A stretch of 64,000 nucleotides of DNA from Cyanobacteriota bacterium (lineage in GTDB: Bacteria > Cyanobacteriota > Cyanobacteriia > Cyanobacteriales > Nostocaceae). The notes beneath the pieces were generated by a model. It ran no database searches and was not told where the DNA came from. It saw only the letters and a program-made list of their open reading frames with translations. A program made the translations under genes and the position numbers. The stretch covers positions 32,001-96,000 of the forward strand of contig JBJOKS010000007.1 in NCBI GenBank assembly GCA_046045965.1, in the 5' to 3' direction. Below, piece after piece: positions 43,201 to 51,248 of the stretch (position 1 is the stretch's first letter; each line of letters begins with the position of its first letter).

Positions 43201-43264
43201 TCTCACCAAACCTGTAAGATTAAAACAACTTACAGAAATAATTCACAATTTATTAAATAAATAA
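37289..43264 (+). CDS. Large hybrid histidine kinase: 4 CBS, DXCF-CBCR GAF, GAF, 6 PAS, HisKA/HATPase, 2 REC
   Basis: CBS repeats (GIFTERD, GIVTERD); GAF with HDPCF...PCH; six PAS/PAC units ending [18 protein letters not shown]; two receiver domains. Confidence 0.93.
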   Translation: MVLVTLQEMTRLGEVIINSPLTVSSDATVTEAILQMSTARASCSLTDDTDDIDADSNLFLAEARASCVLVVDRTKVLGIFTERDVIHLRANGYQLTQTTITNVMTQPVITLRQSDFTDIFAALNLLQQHHIRHLPIVDDNDQLIGLVTHESLRQMLRPIDLLRLRLVSEIMNTDVICAAPETSVLDLTRLMAEHRVSSVVIVAADDDTRAIGIVTERDIVQFHALDLSFDKIKALEVMSSPLFTVSPDDSLWEARSLMQEKQLNRVVVTDNHGQLLGIVTQTTLLQALNPVEIYKLVETLEQKLCRLEKEKLELLENRNAELEQEVEKRTAELRNQAEKEKLLSSIASRIRSSLDLQQTLNAIVNEVRTFLQCDRVFIYQFNLDWTGIIVAESVIENHESFLNQVIHDPCFAANWIDPYLNGRVRVVTDIYQANLAPCHIELLEQIKTRAKILVPIVQERQLWGLLSATQKDHPRDWQELEVNLLQQLATQIGISIQQADIYRQLKTELAERKQAQADLQALVEGAAAVTGKDFFSLLLEYITTFLGYRYGLIATKNGEYYQTAAFWVNGNIQTNISGLLEGMPCNLTIKQGNFCCICDLQQHFPNETFKELAAESYVGVAIKSTEGETLGSLCVLDDKPLVDASRAIAILQVFAARVGAELERQQAMTALEQLNQELELKVEERTAELRQSQERWELALRGSNDGIWDWNIKTNQVFYSTRWKQMRGFADDEIGSHLQEWSNLIHGDDYDRVMIALADHLAHKTPFFQEEYRVQRKDGSYMWVLDRRQAWWDEQGNILRMVGSESDITSRKQAEAELLAITSLQQAIFNGIDYSVIFTNPEGIIQTFNAAAEKMLGYTAKEVIGKFSPLQFHDQDELQQQAATISEIWGRNITPGMGVFLTTAIQGIPHEQEWTYIRKDGSRFPVLLSVTTLYDDQQQIIGFVGIAKDITAKKQADEKLRRTIKELSDFKYALDQAAIVAITDSEGTITYANEKFSQISQYSPTELIGHTHKLVNSGYHSREFFAELWSTISSGNVWRGEVKNRSKDGSYYWVDTTIVPFLNDQGKPVQYLAIRTDITARKQAEIALQESQRFAQSIADSSPNILYIHDFITQQNLYINREITTILGYTPADLLRMGFEVLQQTFHPEDLIAYFAHQQQLQTAADDEILEIEYRVRNVDGKWRWLSARDAVFKRDVQGQVIQYIGVAQDITERKEATAALEKYAREVEDLYNNAPCGYYSLDSEGIITGINNTQLQWLGYTREEIVGRKYIDFLTQEGRQIFNENYPKFKEIGFIKDLEYSLIRKDGTVLPVLINATAVNSADGTYLHSRSTVFDITDRREAEKKLKHQLTVIEAAVDGIAILENNIFTYVNQAHLQLFGYEHSAELLGKNWQQLLYSLEESSRFEQEVFPILMQQRHWQGEAIATRKDGSTFHEGLSLTLTEGGTLICVCRDISDVKKAEQELRTINERLTLTNAELERATRLKDEFLANMSHELRTPLNAILGMSEGLQEEVFGSINPGQRKAIATIERSGRHLLELINDILDLSKIESGKLELQLSSVPVKNLTDTSLPFVRQQAIKKNIRLTVSIPDHLGEIVVDELRICQVLINLLNNAIKFTHEGGNIRLEIKLEGAYLVISVIDTGIGIASDDASKLFKPFVQVDSKLSRQYSGTGLGLALVRRLVELHDGTVGVTSELGKGSCFTVKLPYLQPSKPEMTHPTVFPQCSLSPENTKVLIIEDTPTAAEQVKRYLDEIGMEGVVYPQGEGAIAQILAHQPAFIILDIQLPHRSGWEVLQLIKAHPETQTIPVIIFSVVDERSRGIELGAAEYLIKPIIRQQFHQVINQLRQPSITTTNPENITVEEVSPPNKQSPVILIAEDNEANIDTISNYLESRGYRLLVAQNGQEAIKLAKTHAPDLILMDIQMPHMDGLEATRLIRADQDLANIPIIALTGLAMPSDQEKCLQAGANEYLTKPVRLKQLTEIIHNLLNK

Positions 43265-43278
43265 AAAATACCTATAAT

Positions 43279-44367
43279 ATGAAAACTTCTTCTATTCTCA
43301 TTGTCGATGATGAACCTAATAACTTTGATGTAATTGAAACTTTTCTTTACAACGAAAATTATCAATTGTACTACGCTCAAAATGGACACAAAGCCATCAA
43401 TTCTTTAGAAAGAGTTCAACCAGATGTGATTTTAATGGATGTCATGATGCCAGAAATGGATGGACTCGAAACCTGTCAGCTAATTAAGCAAAGCGCCCGT
43501 TGGCAGCCTGTTCCTATTATTATGGTTACAGCTCTGACTTCCAAAGAAGATTTAGCTCGATGTCTGAGCGCAGGAGCTGATGATTTTATTAGTAAACCTA
43601 TACATGGTATGGAATTACGGTCTAGGATTCATTCCATGTTACGGATTAAACACCAATACGATCAGGTGCAGGAATTACTAAAGTGGCGAGAAGATATGGT
43701 CAATATGATGGTACACGACCTGCGGAATTCTCTCACCAGTATGGTTTTATCGGCGCATATACTCAGATATCCCAATTTACCTCCAGAAAAACAACAAATC
43801 AAAGTTAATCAGATTATTACTGCTGGAGAAGAATTACAGTCAATGATTGACGGTCTGTTGATGATGGCAAAATTAGAATCAGGGAAAATGGTTCTCAATT
43901 ATTCGGAAGTAGACCTTTATAATTTGTGTCATTCAGTCCTGGAAGAATTTGCAGCGATCGCAGAAAATAAAAATATCGAATTCATCAGCGATTTACCAAA
44001 ACCAGGTGGTAGTCTGAAGTTAGACTTGGCTATCTTCCGTCGCATCATCAATAATCTTGTCTCTAATGCCATTAAGTTTTCTCCTGTTAACAGTAAAATT
44101 ATTTTACGTGCCAATTATCTAGAATCTGGATCGGCAAAAGTGGAGGTTGCTGACTTTGGACCCGGAGTTAAAGAAGAACTGCGAGAGAAAATTTTTGACA
44201 AATATGAAACAGGAACTATTATTAGTAATACCAATCAAACAGGTTTAGGATTGGCATTTTGCAAAATGGCTATCGAAGCTCATGGAGGCAAAATTACATT
44301 GCAGGATAATCATCCTCAAGGCTCTATTTTTACAGTTGAAGTCTCAGAAGTTGCTACAGCTGGTTAA
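43279..44367 (+). CDS. REC-histidine kinase hybrid response regulator
   Basis: ILIVDD...DVMMP; VHDLRN; NLVSNAIKFS; GLGLAFC. Confidence 0.92.
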   Translation: MKTSSILIVDDEPNNFDVIETFLYNENYQLYYAQNGHKAINSLERVQPDVILMDVMMPEMDGLETCQLIKQSARWQPVPIIMVTALTSKEDLARCLSAGADDFISKPIHGMELRSRIHSMLRIKHQYDQVQELLKWREDMVNMMVHDLRNSLTSMVLSAHILRYPNLPPEKQQIKVNQIITAGEELQSMIDGLLMMAKLESGKMVLNYSEVDLYNLCHSVLEEFAAIAENKNIEFISDLPKPGGSLKLDLAIFRRIINNLVSNAIKFSPVNSKIILRANYLESGSAKVEVADFGPGVKEELREKIFDKYETGTIISNTNQTGLGLAFCKMAIEAHGGKITLQDNHPQGSIFTVEVSEVATAG

Positions 44368-44579
44368 AAAAAGGTTTGACAGAAAAAATATAATATATTC
44401 ACCATTTCAGTTTTATAATGATCCTGAAGCAGCTAACAATAAGGGTAATTAAAGATGGGATGACACAGGTTTTATGAACCGATCTAAAGATTTTATAAAT
44501 CCTTTAGATGTTACTTTATCTACCCTAGATTACAAGTCTGTTTTTCCTATAAAAATCACTTCGCAGACACCTACAAATT

Positions 44580-45293
44580 ATGGATTTGTCAAATTTTACA
44601 ACACTAAACAACTTAGAAGCAGCTTTCGGTGGTGAATCGATGGCAAATCGCAAATACTTGTTTTTTGCAAATGTGGCGCGTAAACTGGGTTTTTCAGACT
44701 TAGCAAAACTTTTTAAGGAAACAGCAGATCAAGAAACCGAACACGCTTTTGCACATTTTGAGTTATTACATCCAGAGCTAGTTGTCAAAGATGCAGCTAG
44801 TTTAACTGATGAACAAAAACGGGAAATTATATCTCGCTGTTTGTCTTTAGCAATTGAAGGTGAAACCTATGAATACACTACCATGTATCCTGAATTTGCT
44901 GCTGCTGCTCAACAAGACAGAGACAACCCCGCAGCCGAAGAATTTCTTAAACAAGCGCAAGAATCTGGTGAACACGCTAACACATTCCGCGCCGCAGCAC
45001 ACCGTTTTGGGTTGCTAAAATTCATCGAAAATTATCATGCAGATCGTTACACCGAAGCTTTGGAAGTATTAAATGGAGGACAAGCTGTAACCAGAGTAGC
45101 AGGTGAAGATCCCCAAACTCAAAAATGGATTTGTAGACAATGCAGCATGATTTATGATCCTGTTGTTGGTGATCCTGATTCGGGAATTGCACCTGGTACA
45201 CCTTTTGCAGCAATTCCTGATGATTGGAGTTGTCCTATTTGCGGTGCTACTAAAAAGACTTTTAAACCGCTTGAGGAAAAAGTTGCAGCTTAA
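44580..45293 (+). CDS. rbrA: Rubrerythrin with C-terminal rubredoxin
   Basis: AFGGESMANRKY, ETEHA, EGETYE; WICRQC...YDP...PDDWSCPIC. Confidence 0.9.
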   Translation: MDLSNFTTLNNLEAAFGGESMANRKYLFFANVARKLGFSDLAKLFKETADQETEHAFAHFELLHPELVVKDAASLTDEQKREIISRCLSLAIEGETYEYTTMYPEFAAAAQQDRDNPAAEEFLKQAQESGEHANTFRAAAHRFGLLKFIENYHADRYTEALEVLNGGQAVTRVAGEDPQTQKWICRQCSMIYDPVVGDPDSGIAPGTPFAAIPDDWSCPICGATKKTFKPLEEKVAA

Positions 45294-45413
45294 AACAATA
45301 GGTAATAAATAGCAGTCAGGAGTCAGGAGAAAGAATGAATTTTTTTCCTCTCCCCTGCTCCCTATTCCTGCCCTCACAAATATGATAACTAATCAAACAG
45401 ACATGATATAAAT

Positions 45414-45908
45414 ATGCAGCTAAAAATTAGAAAAATATACAGACTTGAAGAATATTCAACACCAGATATATTCTATCATTCTTTTATTCCTACCTTGGGA
45501 ATATTATTATCTATATTTGCTGGATGGGAAATAATCTGGTTTTGTTTTATATTGGGTTCATTTATTAGTATTTTAATTTTAGATATTGATAATTGCTATG
45601 AATTAATAACCTGCCATTTTAATTCCTCACTTGGTCGAATTACCTTGAAACAACGAAACATATTCGCTCAAGGAGTGATTGAACTACCACTTAATGAAAT
45701 CGAAACTGTACTAATTAATTCCCATAGTTCATCTCTGACAGTAAAAAATAGATTTGGTAAAAATGTGGAAGTTGATAACCAAGTATATTGGATTGTTTTA
45801 GTGTTATATTCTGGTGAACATCGCCGATTGACTTATTATGAAACTTCTCTTTTTAGTAACAAGCAAAAAATGGTTGATTATATTTTATTTTTGAAAGAAA
45901 ATACATAA
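45414..45908 (+). CDS. Hypothetical membrane protein
   Basis: AT-rich 164-aa ORF; two N-terminal TM segments then a beta-rich soluble part. Confidence 0.6.
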   Translation: MQLKIRKIYRLEEYSTPDIFYHSFIPTLGILLSIFAGWEIIWFCFILGSFISILILDIDNCYELITCHFNSSLGRITLKQRNIFAQGVIELPLNEIETVLINSHSSSLTVKNRFGKNVEVDNQVYWIVLVLYSGEHRRLTYYETSLFSNKQKMVDYILFLKENT

Positions 45909-45943
45909 AATTAATCAGCTAATAATATTGCAGATTAAAAGTA

Positions 45944-46065
45944 ATACCATTTCTTCATGAGGCTGCGCCGAATTTCCTAACCTTGTCTTTCCTTGTCTTT
46001 CCTTCTCTGCGTCTCTGCGGTTAGTTTATCTTTAAATTGAGCGCATCTTTATACAGAATTGGTAT
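45944..46065. mobile_element. Putative MITE (about 122 bp)
   Basis: 25-bp imperfect TIRs, ATACCATTTCTTCATGAGGCTGCGC versus reverse complement ATACCAATTCTGTATAAAGATGCGC (19/25 by eye); internal CCTTGTCTTT and CTCTGCGT repeats. Confidence 0.6.
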
Positions 46066-46127
46066 AAGTAATCATCTACAGATTCATCCGTTTTCATATA
46101 TTTAGACTACACTATAAATTTACCCCC

Positions 46128-46177
46128 AAAAAAGAGAGTGGGAGGAGGCATTATCAAGCGCCATTCTCTCCCACTCT
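46128..46177 (-). terminator. Putative intrinsic terminator on the minus strand
   Basis: 10-bp stem AGAGTGGGAG/CTCCCACTCT with an inner GGC/GCC extension, followed by a U-tract on the minus strand (A run at 46128-46133). Confidence 0.55.
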
Positions 46178-47005
46178 ACTATTTGCTGCTGAAGCGATTC
46201 AGGAATACACACATAACGCCAATCGTTAATTAGGGGGGTAATTTAAAATTAAACGATAAGGTTTCTACTGAGTGAGTATTCCTATTGCAGCAAACGATCA
46301 TTTTATTTAATTGTCCGACAAACTTAACAAGAACTTTAAGCTAATTTGTTTAACTTCTTAGCAACTACCTTGCTTTCGTTTGTCTAATTTAATTTAACTT
46401 GCTTCTTGAGCCTGTGGTTGCCAACTTGGCATTTTTCTGAAATTTTTTTGATTGTTCATTGCTAACATTTGATTATAGGGACTTCTGTTAATACAACTGG
46501 TATAAGTGCCAGGTAAAAACAAAGAGACTGTTAGTAAAGCAGTAGGGGGTAAGACCCGTCAACCGCATTTACATTTGATGGCAGTGGCTTTTAACCCAGT
46601 TGATTTGTGAGTTGATAACTTATTTCCAAATCAGTTTACCATGCAACATAAATTGTTTTGTATGAGGGGTTTAACCCTTTCTTAATCAACTATAGCAGTA
46701 TGCAGTTGAATGAGATACAAAATTATCTGGGAAATCTATACACTAAGAGACTTTCAACTCTGTTCCTTGTTAAGAGTTCCCTGTTCCCTGCCTCCACGAC
46801 AAGACTTTTATGTTTAACGGTACGCGTTAGCGAAGCTCCACGGAGTGGCACAGCAAGCCCTATTTATTTAATTTTAAATTGTTAAGTTTTAATTACCCAC
46901 CGGGTTATATCGTGTGTTCAGTTACAGTTCTATTTGCAGAAATCAGGCAACAATAGAGATTCATAACTGATATGCAGATTTGTTTGTAAATGATGCTGCT
47001 GTTTC

Positions 47006-48691
47006 ATGAAACCTCGAATTATTGTTTGCGGCTTAGGACGTACCGGATATAAAATATTTCGTCTGCTGAGACAGCAGGGGGCTTGGGTTGTTGGTATTCA
47101 TCGCAAACCCATTGCTGGAGAAACTACAGGAGATGTAATTATTGGGGAATTATGTGCAGCTTCTACCTTGCAAGCAGCAGGAATTGAAAAGGCACATACT
47201 TTAGTAATTGCTGGTTCTGATGATGCCATAAATTTGTCAATTATGATGCAAGCGCGAGTTTTGAATCCCCAAATTCGCATTATCAACCGTTTTTATAATA
47301 CAAATTTAGGTGAACGTCTTGATCACACTCTCATAGATCATTTAAGTATGAGTGTTGTCGGTTTGGCAGCACCAGTATTTACTTTTGCAGCTTTGGGAAA
47401 TCAAGCAATTGGACAAATCAAATTATTTGATCAGACTTGGCCAATTCAGGAAGAATATATCCATGAAGATCATAACTGGAGAGGTAGAAAAATCAGTGAT
47501 TTGTGGGAAGATAAATCAAGAATGCTGATTTATTATTTACCTGTGATTGGCAAGATAAATTTAGTCACAGCAGTGTTAGCAGAACAACGTTTAAAAGTAG
47601 GCGATCGCCTAATTATTGGCACTCAACCCCGCATCAATAATACCCGCAAATCATGGGCAAGAAAATTACTTAAAATTTTCACAAGTATCCGGCAATTTCA
47701 GAAACACGCCAGATCAGTCCTAGCAATGGCTATGGCAGTGATAGTAATTATTTTAATCGCTACATTTACTTATGTTTCTACAAAATTAAATATATCATTT
47801 GTTGATGCCTTATATTTTGCTGTGGGCATGATTACAGGTGCTGGTGGTAATGACAAAGTAGTAGAAAATGCACCCAATAGTATTAAATTATTTACCGTTT
47901 TCATGATGCTGGCAGGAGCAGTAGTCTTTGGTATTTGGTATGCTATGCTTACAGATTTTGTGTTAGGAACTCGTCTCAAACAATTTTGGGATGCTGCCAG
48001 AATTCCCCAACGTAATCATTATATTGTCTGTGGTTTAAGTGGTATTGGCATTAAAATTGTTCAGCAACTTCATACTAGTGGACATGAAGTAGTAGTCATT
48101 GAAACAGATCCTAATAATAGATTTGTGAACACTGCTAGGGGAATGAGTATTCCTGTAATTCTGGCAGATGCGAGTTTTCGCACAACTTTACAAACCAGTA
48201 ATATAGATACCGCGTCCGCAGTTTTAGCTGTTACTAATAACGATGCTATTAATTTAGAAATTGCTCTCAAAGCCAAAAGTTTAACATCAAAAATTCCGGT
48301 AATTGTTCACTATGCTGATCCTGATTTTGCCAGGATAGCACAACAGGTATTTGATTTTGAAGCTGTATTAAGTCCCGCAGAATTAGCTGCACCGGCTTTT
48401 GCTGCTGCTGCTTTGGGAGGGAGAATTATTGGTAATGGAATTATAGGTGATAATTTATGGGTTGCTTTTGCAACTTTGATTACTCCTAATCATCCTTTTT
48501 GTGGTCAATGGGTGAAAGATGTAGCTAGATATGCAGATTTTGTGCCTTTATATGTAGAGACAAATCACCAAACTTTACACGGTTGGGATTTATTGGAAAC
48601 TAATTTAAGTGCGGGTGATATTTTGTATTTAACAATTCCGGCAAATCGGTTATATCAATTATGGCGTGAAGAGCAAGAAATGGTAAGTTAG
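47006..48691 (+). CDS. Potassium-channel-like protein with TrkA-N/RCK domains
   Basis: Two IVCGLG/S Rossmann RCK domains flanking a TM-pore-TM unit (FVDALYFAVGMITGAGG). Confidence 0.85.
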   Translation: MKPRIIVCGLGRTGYKIFRLLRQQGAWVVGIHRKPIAGETTGDVIIGELCAASTLQAAGIEKAHTLVIAGSDDAINLSIMMQARVLNPQIRIINRFYNTNLGERLDHTLIDHLSMSVVGLAAPVFTFAALGNQAIGQIKLFDQTWPIQEEYIHEDHNWRGRKISDLWEDKSRMLIYYLPVIGKINLVTAVLAEQRLKVGDRLIIGTQPRINNTRKSWARKLLKIFTSIRQFQKHARSVLAMAMAVIVIILIATFTYVSTKLNISFVDALYFAVGMITGAGGNDKVVENAPNSIKLFTVFMMLAGAVVFGIWYAMLTDFVLGTRLKQFWDAARIPQRNHYIVCGLSGIGIKIVQQLHTSGHEVVVIETDPNNRFVNTARGMSIPVILADASFRTTLQTSNIDTASAVLAVTNNDAINLEIALKAKSLTSKIPVIVHYADPDFARIAQQVFDFEAVLSPAELAAPAFAAAALGGRIIGNGIIGDNLWVAFATLITPNHPFCGQWVKDVARYADFVPLYVETNHQTLHGWDLLETNLSAGDILYLTIPANRLYQLWREEQEMVS

Positions 48692-48782
48692 ACTGGGTAC
48701 TGGTGACTGGGAAGATTTATAATCTAATTACCAATTACCAATTACCAATTACCCATTACCCATTACCAATTGCATGGTAATA

Positions 48783-49532
48783 TTACCAGCTAACTAAACC
48801 ATAATAGGAGAGAATTACATAAACTATGAATGCAAAAAAGACGAGATGTTCTATGAAAAAAAGAGGTGATGAAATCAATAGAGAAACTGGATTGTAAGGA
48901 GGTTTGTGCTGGGTCCACCAATATCCTAGAGGTGCTTTAGCTTGGAAATATCCTAAGTTCTCTAGTTGTTGACGATGGTATTGATCATAACGAGGAAATT
49001 GGCTAAAAGGTAACTCTCCTCTACTATGTTGAGCAATAATTCTTCGCCGTTGATAGGGAACAGTATTATCACCAAAATTGCTTTGAAATTCTTCACTGTT
49101 GAGGAGTGCATCAATGAAACCTTGTCTTCCTTTTGTACCCAGAATTATAGACCAGGCCATTGTTTCTTGTTTACTGTAAACATTCCGTCCTAAAACTCTT
49201 TGGATACACATTTCTACGAAGCGGTAATTGTTGTTTGTGTCGTAGTTGCGTAAGCGGAATGTTTCAGATAATAACAATCCCCGAATAAAATCCCTAACAG
49301 TAATACTTTTGTGTTTTAATTGAGATTCTAGGGTTAACTGACGGTTGCTAACCAGAATTTGTTGTTCGTTAAAAATTTGACGATATGCAGCCCAAATTAA
49401 CTGATCAATTTCTGCGGTGTCAGGTGTTCCTTCTGTGGTGTAAATTCTGGGTTGTTCGTCTCCAGGAATTTCAAAACTTTTAACTCTTTGGTTTTGACTG
49501 GATGGAGCGTATTTTAGTAGAGGAAGAGTCAT
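48783..49532 (-). CDS. cpcL: Phycobilisome rod-membrane linker (CpcG family with hydrophobic tail)
   Basis: PLLKYAPSSQNQRV, AAYRQIF, TVRDFIRGL, FGDNTVPYQRRR; C-terminal TM helix. Confidence 0.8.
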   Translation of the reverse strand: MTLPLLKYAPSSQNQRVKSFEIPGDEQPRIYTTEGTPDTAEIDQLIWAAYRQIFNEQQILVSNRQLTLESQLKHKSITVRDFIRGLLLSETFRLRNYDTNNNYRFVEMCIQRVLGRNVYSKQETMAWSIILGTKGRQGFIDALLNSEEFQSNFGDNTVPYQRRRIIAQHSRGELPFSQFPRYDQYHRQQLENLGYFQAKAPLGYWWTQHKPPYNPVSLLISSPLFFIEHLVFFAFIVYVILSYYGLVSW

Positions 49533-49930
49533 AGTTATCCTGTTGAAGTTGTAAAAATGATGAGTTCAGGATTTACGCAATAACTTTGATTTGTAAGGTT
49601 AGTTGGTATATCTGCACTTACCAACTTTTGTTAAATCTCAAAGTTAAAATTCTGATTCAATATTGAAAATTATGATCTACTTTTACAACTAAATAATTGT
49701 TAAGAAATCAAAAGTGGCAGAAAAAATTAAATAATAATGATCATGGTTGTTTTCCTAACCACAAAGTAGCATAATATCTAATTGGATGCTCTTCTGTATC
49801 TAAAGTAGCTGTAGGATTGAAAAAGTATTAATGATTGATTAAAAAATAAAAAATCCCCTACTTTTGGCAGAAGTTGGGGATCTCATATTCTTGAATTTAT
49901 GTGAACAATGTGAACACATTTAAAACAAAT

Positions 49931-50650
49931 TTAATCAGAAATGCCAGCATCTCGCAGACGTTTTTCTAATTCTTCAAGGCGTTTTAATGCGGCTTCTTTT
50001 TCTTGTCGTTCTTGTTGCACTAACTCAGAACCCCAAAGCAGCAAATTACCATCTTGATCCCACCAGCGTAACCAGTAACCTTGACGGTTTTCACGCTTTC
50101 CTTGCCATACACCTATAAATAATTGCATTTCCACTAACCAATAATGCTGATTTTCGTTATCTGAGCGTAATTTATATTGTCCTTTATCTAGTTGATGTAC
50201 TTCTAATTCCCCGGTTTCTGGTTGAAAAATGATGTAGTTAGGAACTTGTAAAACTTGTTCATAAAAAAACCATTTTCCTGGGGGATAGGTGCGTTTACTG
50301 GAATATTCATTTCCTTCTGTATCGGAAAGAAATTCCATTACCACTGTAGGAATTTGTCCCTGTTTGTGGGGGGTGTAGCTACGTTGAATTTGCTCTCTAG
50401 GTACGGTAATTTGCGGCACGAAAGCCCAATCAGGTGCTTTGATGACAAATTTGTCATTAAGTGTGGCACAAATGCCGTAATTGGTAGTAGCAAGGGTAGT
50501 TTCTGGTAGTTTACCAGCGAGTTCTAAACTTTCTGTGAGTGCTGCTGCTAGACTGGGTTGGTTGACATTATCCACAGGTTCATTGTCTAAAATGAAGTCT
50601 TCGGGTAGGAGTTCCCAGGTGATCTTGGTAGTCGAAGTAGTAACAACCAT
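49931..50650 (-). CDS. Uma2 family endonuclease
   Basis: KAPDWAFV, VVMEFLS, GKWFFYEQVLQVPNY, WLRWWD, coiled-coil tail. Confidence 0.9.
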   Translation of the reverse strand: MVVTTSTTKITWELLPEDFILDNEPVDNVNQPSLAAALTESLELAGKLPETTLATTNYGICATLNDKFVIKAPDWAFVPQITVPREQIQRSYTPHKQGQIPTVVMEFLSDTEGNEYSSKRTYPPGKWFFYEQVLQVPNYIIFQPETGELEVHQLDKGQYKLRSDNENQHYWLVEMQLFIGVWQGKRENRQGYWLRWWDQDGNLLLWGSELVQQERQEKEAALKRLEELEKRLRDAGISD

Positions 50651-50713
50651 AAATGTTCAGATCAGGGGGTGTAAGTTTAAGTATAGCTGGTGGTGGATAT
50701 AAGGATTTTTTAA

Positions 50714-51229
50714 TTAGTTTTGGTTTTCACACTTGCAATTTGGGCTGTTAGGTGCTAAAGCTTTACAGCCTAAAGTCTCTAAATGATTTAAAACTTCCAT
50801 TGTATTTTTCTTTTTACAACGCTTTGCTTCTCTATTTTTTGACATAATATTTTCACATAATTTGCCAGCAACATTTGTGTCAAGAGAAGCATTAAAATGT
50901 AGTTTTTGGGAATGTAAACAATTTCCTTCTATAACTAATTCATAGTTTATTCCAACTTCTTGTAATTCTTCTTCAGTTATCCAGATAAAATCAAAATTCT
51001 GATCTTTTGGATTTCTATTAGCACTTATAGCAACTATTGTGGAATAAAAGTCTTCATTTGATTTAACTAAATAAAGACTATTAACACCATCGTCAAATAT
51101 ATTTACAGCAGCTTTTTGTGCGCGTTCCTGTTGACTATTACAATATTCTGGATGCCAATGTGTGAGCTTATTTATTTTTCTGATATATGCAGGAGTTTGT
51201 ACACCAAAATCTTCAAGAGTTGGAAGCAT
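50714..51229 (-). CDS. Hypothetical protein, possible ADP-ribosyltransferase-like toxin
   Basis: 171 aa; the spacing of YIRKI, NSLYLV and LHFN recalls ART-like R-S-H cores; Cys-rich C-terminus. The fold is inferred. Confidence 0.6.
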   Translation of the reverse strand: MLPTLEDFGVQTPAYIRKINKLTHWHPEYCNSQQERAQKAAVNIFDDGVNSLYLVKSNEDFYSTIVAISANRNPKDQNFDFIWITEEELQEVGINYELVIEGNCLHSQKLHFNASLDTNVAGKLCENIMSKNREAKRCKKKNTMEVLNHLETLGCKALAPNSPNCKCENQN

Positions 51230-51248
51230 TATTTAAAGTTGTCAACTC

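Noticed and set aside
44413..44427. PerR box upstream of rubrerythrin
   Set aside because: Only the left half (TTATAAT) matches, and it could simply be a -10 element; too weak to call.
46394..46459. PatS/PatX or cyanobactin precursor peptide
   Set aside because: No RGSGR motif, no cyanobactin leader or recognition sequences, and no processing genes nearby.
46494..46602. Cobalamin or c-di-AMP riboswitch, or twister ribozyme
   Set aside because: Only isolated fragments match (GCCACTG, ACCCGTCAAC, a twister-like GGGUCUUA-CCCC). The other conserved elements are missing or out of order.
46658..46885. 75-aa plus-strand ORF
   Set aside because: TTG start with no RBS, runs through repeat-derived sequence, and has no recognisable features.
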